DNA of 64,000 nucleotides from Macrostomum hystrix (Eukaryota > Animalia > Platyhelminthes): NCBI GenBank assembly GCA_950097015.1, contig CATNEN010000002.1, forward strand, positions 2,480,001-2,544,000. The letters are read 5' to 3'. A program made the translations under genes and the position numbers. The notes under the pieces were generated by a model. The model did not search any database and was not told the DNA's origin. It worked only from the letters and a program-made list of their open reading frames with translations. Below, piece by piece: positions 1 to 11,700 of this stretch (positions are counted from its first letter, which is position 1; every line of letters starts with the position of its first letter).

Positions 1-2268
1 GAGGAGATGAAGGGAGAGAGAGAAGGAGGTTCAGCGGATGCAGGGAGTGGTCCTATCGGCCTCAGGCTGGCCAGTCCCACTCGTCCCATAGGCCACAGGC
101 ATGACTGCCGTGCCTACCCAAGCAGTGCTCGAAACCGGCTAAAAGTCTAAGGAGAGGTGTCGGACTGCCCGGAATCGGACAGGACAGGGCTAACTAGTCT
201 ACTGTCGTCAGTAGTGCGTGCGCAACTGACTCCTGACCTTGGTAGCGGTGGTCGAATCGGCCTAGGCTCCTGTCACAGAACTGCGGAAAGGCTATCGGCA
301 AAGCGGATAGTTGATCGAGGGTAGCGCCACCACCCAATGCGCCTACGTTGCCACCGCAGGCTAGGCATTTGGGAACTTGGGGAGTACACAGCTCCTAGTT
401 TATCACGCAGATCTAGACAAGCCGAAAAATAGGGCATTCTGCAACTTCCGTTTTAGACTGGGGGAAGGACCCCAGAATGGATCGAGACACGCCTCAAAAG
501 GGGATTCCTGAATTCGCGCTACAGGGGTCTAGAAAGGTGGTACTAAGAACTCGAATGAGAATCCATAGCCGGAATCCTACTCATGAAACATCAGACACAT
601 CCTTTACATTAGACTGCAGCCTACACATTAAGCAACTAACAAATCCGAATCTGTGTGAGTTGAGGAAATCAGTGGCTGGAGAGATTAAGCAGAACACTGG
701 CTAAGTGATTACGCAAGCGCTGATTACTTAAACCTCGCTCCCGCCCCTGTGGCGGCAGTTGCAAGAGGAGGGGGAAAAGAAGGGGAACTCCATTGGCAAG
801 GGAGTTTGGCACGTACCCCTTTGATCTGCCGGGAAGAGAGGAAAGCCCGCCAAGGAATCCCCCACACCCCGGCAGAGGTGCACATGCTACGCTCCGCATC
901 TGCCCGCGAATCCCTAGCTCCCTATTACTCTTATGCACGCGTACAGTTGCCTTCCTGCCGCAGCCTTCAGCTCGGCATCACCAGAGCCCACCCCCTAGGA
1001 GATTAGCCACTCATCTCTGAGGGCTGTCTAACGGATAAATAAAACATGGAGGCGGACACGGAATGAGGGGATTTAAATTGTGCTTTAAATTGGCCTGAAG
1101 TAAAATTGATTGGCTAGAGTGGTAACGTTTATTAAGCCACAGGTCCTAACCCTTGCCCACTAAAGTGCCGCCTAACTTAATGAGTAGTCCCTTAGGATTA
1201 GCAATTAGAAACCGCTGCGCGGGTTACTTATCCGGAGGTCGATCGGCCGCGTGCTGCAATCCCGTAGTTCTCGGGGGTGGGACGGGCAAGATTAGCGAGG
1301 ACGGAGAAGGGAAAGCTTATTGCGATGCTGGCAGGGGCCAACACACCAGGAGCTCAAAGGCTCAATTAGAGGGCTCACCTAAAGAGGTGGCTGTCGCTAC
1401 AAGGGGGATGGGAGCAGGCAATGGGCCTGTGAGCGCTGGTCTGAGCTTATAGCTCTAGGGTCTAAGCCCTATGTGGGGGAATTGGGTCCGGAGTAAGTGT
1501 CCTGGGTCCGGTGGGAGTCCGGCCCGGCAAAGGTAAGTCCGGCGGGGGAGAAGAAGGTCGGAGATGGTCCGCCGGGAAGGTCGAGGTTCTAGAGGGAGCA
1601 GCGCGGAGCGCTTGCTTAAATAGTCTTGCAGCACGCCAACCCCGACATCCATCAAAACAGCCCGCATTCACGCCAGCCTGTCAACGGGGAATCGAAGCGG
1701 CGATGAGCCGCCCCGATTACCCAATGAACCGGCGGCGGGAAACGACAGATGCTCTCCGAGAGCAGCCGCCGGCAGACGGCCAATGATTGTTACTCCGCCG
1801 GGACAATGGGAAGCGCAGGCGCCGACCTGCCTACAGTGACATTTACATGTATCTAAAAGGAGGAAGGTCATAAAGTCGAGCTGGGCTCGAATACTGTAAA
1901 GAAGTGGGGACATGAAGAATTAATGATCACTCATAACGCCCGACTGATTCCCGATATCTGATCGCGGTTTGGAGGGGAATTATGGCCTAAACTACTCATA
2001 CAATAAAAGTTATGGCCGCGATCAGTCATTCCTACAGGGGTCTAGACAGATCCAGGGAAAAGGGATTCGACGGCTACTTAATTCACCGCCGCCCCAAACC
2101 CGGCCCTAAGATTAATGATCTTGTTTGTGGCCAGCTGCTATGTGGGTCGCAATTATTGGATACTAAAAAAATGAAAAATTCTGCTGGCTCACATTCCCAC
2201 TCGATTCCCGCAGCACACTCCACATCATAGCTAATTGAAAACCTTTAACAATCTTTTTAAATAGTGAC

Positions 2269-2634
2269 ACTCGGGTCTGCGACCTGGAAGCTGCCGGACA
2301 CAGTCTGAGTGACATCATGTCCATTACTGGCCAAACGTCAGAGAGAACAACCCGTCGCTATCTGGCGAGGCGGCGTGACCGTTCCCTACAGAAGAATAGT
2401 GCATCGGTTTCTTCTGCTCTTCAGTTGCGCTCTGATGAGGATGCTGTCGCCATCCCTGCTTCCGGTTCGGCTGTTGCTGAACAAGACGAGTCCGTCGCCA
2501 TCCCTGCTCCTGACTCGGATGCCACTATCTCCATCCAATCGGGCCTGTGCTTTACCGGCTTCAATAGTCACGACAACCGTGTGACTAAGTTCAGTTTCAA
2601 TGGATGCACGTTTAATCAGTGCAAGTTTAACTAA
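2269..2634 (+). pseudogene. C-terminal fragment of a related YR gene directly upstream of YR1 (copy at 39109-39474)
   Basis: TRVCDLEAAGHSLSDIMSITGQTSERTTRRY aligns with YR1 TRIADLRDNGHSLNDIMTITGQKSDRTVRCY. It ends in the family-type tail FSFNGCTFNQCKFN. Confidence 0.8.
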
Positions 2635-3022
2635 TTTTTACTAAAACTAAAACTTGTTTGTCATTTGTTAAGTTTAAACTATACGCGTTAACTTAAAAAA
2701 ATTATTCTAAAAATTCCAAACAATGACCGGTCATTGTATGAATGTCATTGCCTTGAATTAAATTACCATAGACATTTTGGACAATGACAACTTTGGTCTT
2801 TGCTTAACTCTGCCTACTGGATCTGTCATTACTTAATGCTACTAAAATTAGGCAACCAGTCGACCATAGACAAACTTTCAGGCTTTGCTGCAGTGGGCCA
2901 TAGACAAAGATTTAGGCCTTGATGTGACTGAAAAGTGCCATTTCAGCATCTCTTACAAAAAGCGATAAGACAGGAAAGAAAATTTACAGCCGCAAAATAT
3001 CAATTTCACTTAGTCAATATAT

Positions 3023-4287
3023 ATGGCTAAACATCATTTTATTAATTGGAGGAACTTGCCGGTGGATTCACTTGATGGAGTGACGCATGATGAGCTTCAA
3101 TCTTTTAATTCACTTTTCGCTGCTGACTGGAGTGCTGATGACGAACTGCCAAACTTTATCGATGCATTGACCAGTTCGGACAAAGGTTTTACGACTGGAG
3201 ACAACCTTCCTGAATTACCTGAACTAACAGCTGGTTTCGGTGACGTTGATTTAGATGCCGTTGAATTGTCGCCTCTTCCTCGAAGCTCGAGAGAACAAAT
3301 GAACAAGGCTGGCGAAGCATTTATGAAATTTTTGGAGACGCGATCCATTCAAAGCCCCAAGACATGCCAGTGGCAATGCTGAACGAATATCTGCGCTTTT
3401 TCTACTATACACTTAAGAAGACTGATGGTAGTTTGTATGCCCCCTCTAGCTTGGTATGCTGGAGGGCTGGGATCCAAAGGTACTTCAGCATAATACTAAA
3501 GCGTCCGCTTAATATCGTGTCTGGGTACTTTGATAGAACCACAGTCGAACGCCTACAGGACGAGGTGGTATTCACCATTCTCTATATTATTGGTGAAAGA
3601 GGACAAGAACACCTTAAGCATTTGAAACAGCAGGGAGCATTGGTTACTGGTATCGACTCCGACGGACATGAGTGCTATGAACTACCACCACTTCCAACTA
3701 AGAACCAATCGAGTGACCCAGTCAAGTGTAAAGACGACAGAACGAAGCAGGCGCGCATCTATGGAGAGCATCGTGAACTGATTGCTCTGTATGAGAGGTC
3801 TTTACCTACAGGGGTGAACAACGGTAGCTTTTTTCCGAAGCCTCTTTTGAACGATTCAGAAGGCAGGCCCCGTTTTTCTACGAATCAGGTGCGCGGAGTC
3901 AACTGGCTGGCGAATTTTATGCAGAGGGTGAGTCGTCTATGCAACTTGAGTAAAGTGTATAGTAATCACTGCATTCGCTTTACAAGGATCGCTGACCTGC
4001 GCGATAATGGTCATTCTTTGAACGATATTATGACTATTACTGGACAAAAGTCTGACAGGACTGTACGCTGCTACTTGTCTAGGCAGCGTGAAAGCACTGT
4101 CCGGAATGTGTCCATGACAGTCAGCAGGGCTCTTAAGCGGAAGGGCGAAGCGGAGACTGCGATCTCTACACTAACGAGTGTGTCAACTAATGCTACACAT
4201 GGACAGAAGGATGAAATGTTGGATAGGACACCGATCATTTTTGCCGGTTGCTCATTCCAGCTCTGTACTATTAACTTTACGAAGTGA
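3023..4287 (+). mobile_element. Crypton/DUF3504-type tyrosine recombinase gene YR1 (frameshift near 3360)
   Basis: N-terminal LNEYLRFFYYTLKKTDGSLYAPSSL..RAGIQRY; catalytic GERGQE (R), NHCIR (HxxR), ITGQKS...RCY (Y); C-terminal CSFQLCTINF. Two overlapping ORFs (3023-3382, 3364-4287). Confidence 0.85.
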
Positions 4288-4689
4288 TGCTCTAATTGTC
4301 TCGATTACAATGGCTAGACACTTTGTTTTATTGTTTATAACCATGTTTTCAAGTTCTCTTGCTATAACATTATAATAAATATAGCTCTTTGCAGACCATT
4401 TGATCCTTCCAGCATTCGATTTAATCCACAGTGGCAAAATCCAAACGTTTCAGGCCGATTTTTAAGTTTTCTATGGCCAAAAGTATGACCATAGAGCAAT
4501 CGATTTGATCCTTCGGACACGCATTTAAGCCTCTCTCCACTGTTTAGTTGTTATTGTTTGCCCTAGAACACAGACTAGACGGTTATCATCAGACGTCAGA
4601 GAGCGAAGTAGCTAACACTATGTTCGACGAAGAAATTAAATATTAAATCTATGGGGCGGGACTAAATGCGTGTCCTGTATGTAGCAACT

Positions 4690-5040
4690 CCGATTGCGAG
4701 GCTCGCTCGGACGCCGGAATCTTGGCTAGCACTTCTGCTGAGTTCGATTTCCACTTGCGGGCTCGCATTCCAGCTCTTCTCTACTACTCGGACAGCTGCT
4801 CAAACAGTTGAATCGCTCTGCGTTCTTCTGCCGACTCCAACGTTCTGGGAGCTTTCTCCGGCTCCTCTTTGATCTCGCAGAATTTCTTTAGCATCTCCGC
4901 CACGTCTTCCTCGTGCGCGAAACTGAAGAATTCTTGCTGACCCTCAACCATGCTGTTCGCCGGCGCGAAATCCATCAGTACAACACAGGTCCAGCCGATT
5001 GGTGTTAATCTTGCGATCGGTTCGCCTGGCAATCCGCGAA
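4690..5040 (-). mobile_element. BEL/Pao fragment with the RT core deleted (copy at 41530-41880)
   Basis: PGEPIARLTPIGWTC is joined within about 80 codons to EAGMRARKWKSNSAEVL. In the intact element these motifs flank the whole RT. Confidence 0.8.
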
Positions 5041-5114
5041 GCCTTCTGAACAGGCGGTGTTAGCTGGTGTTGGTGTTGTTGGCTAGTGGTGGTGGATTTA
5101 ATAGAATAAACGTG

Positions 5115-5360
5115 AAGCTGTGAACAGGTGAACACATACAAGCTGTGAACAGGTGAACACATACAAGCTGTGTACAGGTGAACAGATACAAGCTGTGAAC
5201 AGGTGAACAGATACAAGCTATGAACGGGTGAACAGATACAAGCTGTGAACAGGTGAACACATACAAGCTGTGAACAGGTTAACACATACAAGCTGTGAAC
5301 AGGTGAACACATACAAGCTGTGAACAGGTGAACAGATACAAGCTGTGAACAGGTGAATAG
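5115..5360. repeat. 25-bp minisatellite GCTGTGAACAGGTGAACA(C/G)ATACAA (copy 41955-42200)
   Basis: About 10 tandem units. Confidence 0.95.
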
Positions 5361-5781
5361 CCTGCTGAAGTGGACACTGGTACTGGGTGAGGCTGCACAA
5401 TTCTGAATTTAGTCAGCAATTTTTGTCATTTTTCCTTTAAAGTCCTGGCGAGGTTCTTGACCAGGATGTCTGTCGCAGGACCAAGAAAATATCTAGCATC
5501 AATATGTAGTCCAGAGTGTCAATTGGGGCACAATGCGAATTTGCGTTAGCAACAAGTTAGATTTACTCATAAACATTCTCAAAAGCATTTATTGATTGCT
5601 GCAAGAACTTTGTTGGCAACTTAAAACGCAGTTGTTTCGCTTAATTCATATTGTTTTAGATTGAGATAATATATTTCATAATCAAAAAGTACCAGCCAAT
5701 TAAATTTCAAATCGAGTACATTATGTAAAGGTATATTTCGTGCCACTTCGGTTTTCGTGTGTACTTTTCTTCATCAGCCAA

Positions 5782-8700
5782 TCAGAGTGGACTGTTAAGA
5801 ATAACTCCGAATAACGATCTCTCCACGTCCCAGTAGTTGCTCTTATATTCCGCCTTGCCGAGAGAGTTCTCAGCGGAGCACACGTAGGTGCCATACGCGT
5901 TGTCGCGGCCGATGTTCTCTGCAGTTGTGAAGGTGTCAAGCGATGAAAATTTGGGAGTCGAAATGCAGTGTCACTTCAGCCAACACCTTCTGACTAGTTT
6001 TCTCTAGAATATATTCTGTCTTAGACGGTTCTATTTCTTCGCGGTAATTCCATGGACTGCCCATACAATTTATAGCACACGGGAAACCCACTTTACGGAT
6101 GCTTTTCAACCAATGGGAAAACAGGAATCATTTTCTCTATTTGTCCCTATTTGTTAATGCGCATTAGATCATTCGGTGGAAATGGTGAAATTATATTTTA
6201 GAAAATTATGATACACATTTTTCTTTTGATAATTTCAACAGCCTCACAAGCTATATTTTGGCTTCCATCCATAGGAAGCCAAAATCAATATTAATCCCTC
6301 CATATTGATAAATATTTTATTAAGGCTATTAAAGCCTTATCCTCTTAAGTCCATGGACTGAGGGGGACGCCACACCACCCTCAATTGCCCCACCTAATGC
6401 TGGTACAATTAATACAAATGGATGAAGCGAAGCAATTTAAAGATAAGTGTATTGCTTATCTTTATAAGTTGTTCTCTCTTTAGAGTCTCTATCCCTGGAC
6501 TCTGATTTTATCAGGTTCTAAACCGGACTCTCTCGCTGGGGTCAGGAATCGAACTTCCGACCTTCAAGTCGAGAGCTTCACGCTCTAATCACAAGGCTTC
6601 AACCACACGCGCTGATTGGTTGAACCAATCAATCTAGATAAAACGAGTAACAAGTTCACAAACCTATCTACCAGCTATGTTACTTCCTTATCGCTCCTTT
6701 CCGATTGAGCAAGCGAGTTGATGTCCTTTCCTTACCTTTTGGTAGTCTGAAATGGAAGGGGTGTTAGAATAGCCTTTAGAATCTGTTTGTGTACTTCAAT
6801 TCATTAAACCACAATGCTTCTAAATCTAAACACTCACTTGTAAACTAGCTGCGACCCGTATCTGCCGGAGTCATTTTGGTCGAAAAAGGTCTTCTCATAC
6901 TGCCTGATCCACCTTGGGGTCTCCAGTTGAACATTGTCCGCGTCGCGCTTGGTAATATCCAGATCCGGGTACGGGTAGCCGGTAAAGAGGCATTCAAAAT
7001 AAATATCGCCTTCTTCCGTCTTCGTGATGTAAAAAATGCCGTAAGTCCCTTGCCTCAACTTGCCTTCGCCAGGTCGGGCTAAGGGGTCGAGGTTAAACGT
7101 ACTTTAGCTTGACTAACGCATTTAGGAATGTCAACTTAAGACTCCAGAATGGAGACCTATGGTCAATCATCGAACCAAATCAACTGAAATCAGCAGCTGG
7201 TCGATCCAGTTGACCCAGGGTACCCTGAAATAAAGCGAACCCTAATACTGAGCGAAACCCATTTCCCTGACTCCTGAGCACACAGCACACAGATAAAGTA
7301 CACAGACCCTGATTTCAGGTAAAGTACTATCTTACTGAACCTAAAGCTGGCCCTAAAGCGTGCCTACTGTACAGCTTTTACATCTTCCAGCAGAATCATG
7401 TTGCGCGAAAAGCTCTTACTTTGCATGAAAGCCTTGATGGGCACCGACTGAATAAGCAGATCTTCAACGCCCGATACGTTGATGAATGACCTGACGGCCA
7501 CGCACATGAAAATGCCCGAATCGCTCACGGAGCCAGTCTGCAGCGTCAGTGTCGCCTTGCCGCCCTCCAAACGCTTTTTCATGCCGGAAACCTCGGTGGC
7601 AGTGCCGGCTTCCCTCTCATCATAGAGGCACTTGTAGTTCTTGCACTTTTGTGGGTGTGTGTGTGATACAATGCTTGCAAAAATATTTAAAATAGAACGG
7701 CTATTTACAGGGCTCTCCAGTTTAACCTACCTTGACCCAGTCCAGGTAGCGATATGTTTCTGAATTTCTATCCACTTCTGCGTCGTAGTTCTGCAGAGTG
7801 CAGGTCAGCTCAATCGGTGGTCCATCGCGGCGCAAATCGACGATGTCCGGATTTCGAATGATCAGCGAAGAGTCATTCATTGTGACGACGATGTTGGGCC
7901 TCTCGGGAATCGCTGGAGAAAACGATGGTGTGCGAACATTATCTTAGTGGAAGGCTGGTGGGACTCCTTCTAAACCGGCCGATCTCTATCTGTACGGACT
8001 CACAGACTGGTTCTCTGACTCACTGCTTTGGTCTTTTCACTCACAAAGATTTAGTAGGCCTGTGCTTAGAGATTCAGGCACTAATCTGGAGGTCGGGAGT
8101 TCAAACATCAGCAAAGAAGAATTAATCTGTATTCTCGATTCGCAGCCAACGGAGAGACAATTCAGCACATTTCGCTGACTTCAGAACATGCACAGGTACA
8201 TGGATACTGTATACAGGCACAAAGTCACAGGTGATTGTATCTGTTTTGAATTTTCTTCAGGCAGTGTACACTCTCAATGTACCTTGGGGTTCGGCTCTCA
8301 AAGGCATAAATGGCACGACAAGCCCCGAAGCCTCGGAATCGAGCTCAGGGACATTGGTGCAGGATGGAAACTTATAACAAGTTTCTAGACCTATGTACAA
8401 GTCCTATCAACGATAGGAACGGCGATTCTGGTGTGGCCGTCAATGACAAAGGACGTGGAGGACTTCGTAGCAACGTGTGACAAGTGTCAGAAGACGGCTC
8501 GAATCCCGATCAGCCACCGGGTGCAGCTTGTGCTAGTGCCTCGAGTGGAGGAGGCCTTCACTAAAGTTATCATCGACCTAAGCGGGCCGTATCCAAGGAC
8601 GGCGAGCGGTCACCAGTACATCCTGTCAGTTATCGACGCGGTTTCCAGAAGGATTCCCTCTGCGTAAGATCGACGCGGAGTCGCAGGAACGAGAGCTAAA

Positions 8701-11700
8701 GCCCGTAGATCAGGTGCTGCTGCTGTTGCCATCGACAGCCAAGAAGCTCCCCGCTAAATGGCGCGGCCCCTATGAAGTACTGGATAAGTGCCGCGAGGTA
8801 AACTAGCGAATTCGGATTGGCTCGGCAACCAACACGTTCCACATCTGCTCAAGAAATACAACGCGCGACAGTCGATTCTGATGCAGCTGTCAGCGGCAAC
8901 GACGGGTGCTCCTGCGCTGTCCGACCGTCTGAGCCCGGACGAGAGGGACCGTCTCCAGCAGCTGGTGCTGGACTTCGCGAATGTCTTCAGTGAGATGCGG
9001 TGAAGCACCGAATCTGGACGACATCTGACCGCGTTGTGCGCATCCAGCCTCTGCGGGAGCTGCAGGCGCATCGATCAACAGGTGCTCCAACAGGAGTTCC
9101 AAAGCATGCTGGACCTCGAGTGATCGAACCGTCAGAAAGTGACTACTGTTCTTCTGTCTAGTGGCCAAGACGGACGACTCGGTCCGATTCACTGTCAACT
9201 TCAAGGTGCTGAATAAGCTGGTGGCTTTCGATTCCTACCCAATGAAGAACATCGAGGATCTGCTGGAGCGAGTCGCCAAGGCCAAGTTCATGTCTAAGCA
9301 AGGGCTACTGGCAGATTCCTCTGTCCGAGAACTCAAAGCGGCTGACGGCATTCGCGGCCGGTGGCAGGCTCTACCAATTCACCGTACACTCGTGTGTTTA
9401 AACGACAGAAGTGCAACGCGCCAGAGGGCTGGTCCAAACTGTTCCAAGGGCTGGGCAACGCAGACTCATGCCTCGACGACATTGCCATGTTCAGCGATCT
9501 TTGAACAGCACGTTCACGACCTGAGGGAGGTGTTAGGCCGTTTCCAGGCTGCCGTTCTGACGGTGCAGCCACGCAAATGCTACCTGGGCGGCAACTCGGG
9601 GGACTACCTCGGCTTCAAGCTCGGCGGAGGCCAGATCGGCACGAGCGAGGATCGAGTGCGGACTGCACAGGCTCGACCCCTGACTAAGGCCCAGCTGCGA
9701 TCAGTGCTCGGAGTGCTCAACCAATACCATCGGTTCGTGCCCGGCTACTCCGACAAGGTGGCAGCCCTGACGGACCTCACGAAGATGTCGGCGCCTGAGG
9801 ACCTAAGAGCGGCCTGGGGAGAACAACAGACTCGAGCCTTCCAGAAAGTGAAGTCTCTGCTGGCGAGCGAGCCGGTACTATGCGCGCCGGATTGCAGTCG
9901 GCCATTCATTCTGGAGACGGACAGCTCGGAGACCGGCATCAGCGCGGTGCTAACGCAAGAGTTCGAGGACGGCAACCATCCTGTGCTATTCGTGTCACGG
10001 CGTACCTGCAGATGGACCACACAAACCCGCGGCTCCAACGGTGGGCCTTCTATCTGTCTGGCTACGACTACGAGATCCGGTACTAGCCAGGCAGAAGCAA
10101 TACGGTGTCCGACGGTCTCAGCCGCATCTGGACTGATTGATTGACCAAATGATTTACTGACTGACTCAGGATTGAGTGACTGTCCACGTGATTTATTGTA
10201 CCAGACGGCTCAGTAACTGACTTTGCATTGCTGCTTGTTTAGTCGATTTTGCAGGACTGTGGGATCGATTGATTTGTAGTGTCTTAGTTTGACCATTTTA
10301 ACTCAAGTTTTACTGGTTCCTGCGATTCAATTCTGACTTGAATTATGGTCCGGATTCCTACTTGCGGTGCAGAAATTAACGTCAACTTTTTTGTACATGC
10401 CCGTGGAGTCGTTGCTATAAATAGATGTGTGGTGTGCTCAGAGGCGGTTTGGGCCTCCCTGGCTCAACTTGGAACCTGTGAATCGTGTGTCGATCATTCT
10501 TACTGGGATCAAAGAATGCAACAAAGTGAAAACGTCATTATTTGATATTACTGCTCGAAGTAAAAACTACGTAAACAAACTTACAATCCGTCGACTCGGA
10601 GCTCATGTTGATCGACTTGGTTTCGTGCGCAACGTCGTTTTTCGCATTGCAAGTGAAGGGCACTTGGTGTACCTGCTTGTCCATAATAAACGTAATGTTC
10701 GCGTAGCTTCGGATTCCGATCTGACCCTCGTCAGCCAACTGTTAAAATAAATTCGGAATGTGTGAAGCTAGTCAAAAAGCTACATTGAATTTTGAGGCTT
10801 TCGCAGTGCACCACACTGACAGGGACAAATGTGGAACAGTAATACAACCTGGAGGGAGTTTGCCTGTGCAAGCATCCGTGTCGACTGATGCACAGTCTGT
10901 CTGTCTACTGCCCGTGGGGGGTTAGAGGCAGAGCGGTAGCGGTCTAACGCATTTGCCACTCGCACCAAGGTCCCTGAGCTCGATTCCGCGGCGAGGCCAC
11001 ATTCATTTGGGGCGCAGCCGCAGAGGATGCCCTTGAGGGCCAGCCTCCGAGGCACAGTGAGAGTATACACTGCCTGACGATAAGAAATTCAAGGCGATGT
11101 ACACACCTGTGTGGGCGTGTGCATGCGCTGTCTGTGTCTGTGTGCTTGTGTGCTCAGGAGTCAGCGGAACGGGCAGAATTGCCTCCTCGCTTGCTGCAGG
11201 TATAGTGTGATTAAATTATATGCTATTGTTTGCAGCCCTCCTGCAATTAATATAATAATAATAATTATTATTATTATTGTTGTTGCTTTTATGATTAATT
11301 GTGCATCCTAAACGCATTTTTTACTGGCGGTGAGTCGAATGTCATCAATTTTGTACAAAATAATTTCAATACTTCAAGATCCAGAACACTTACAACCACG
11401 CCAGGAACGCTTGTGGCATTCTTCCCCAGAACATCCCACCAGACCTTGGCTGGCGGCACAGCGTTTTCATCGTAGCAATACAACCACTGACGCCTGCGAT
11501 CGATGAAAGTCTTCTCCGCCATGATGTATTTCGGTACGGGCTTCCCTGAAGGTGTAAATCGAAGCGAAGAGTGCCTATAACAAATACTATATGCTTCAAA
11601 ACTGCCTAGCCAGGGCCACAAGTTTTTTCGTTCGGCTGAAGCTCGAACTCCAAACCTCATAGTAAGAAATTCGAAGCTCTAACCATTGAGCTAAAGCCAC

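Larger units (their letters stand above)
1..11670. repeat. Segmental duplication colinear with 36870-48245
   Basis: Same order of unknown repeat, YR fragment, YR1, BEL fragment, 25-mer array and gene 3' exons. 8385-10570 is replaced by other sequence in the paralogue. Confidence 0.92.

Noticed and set aside
3340-3385. Programmed frameshift joining the two YR1 ORFs
   Set aside because: It is shared by both copies, so probably real sequence, but there is no canonical slippery heptamer. A 1-nt deletion predating the copy exchange is simpler.
10780-11070. Possible extra exon between exons 13 and 14
   Set aside because: The paralogous region in gene C has frame-breaking indels, and the flanking exons already join in phase.
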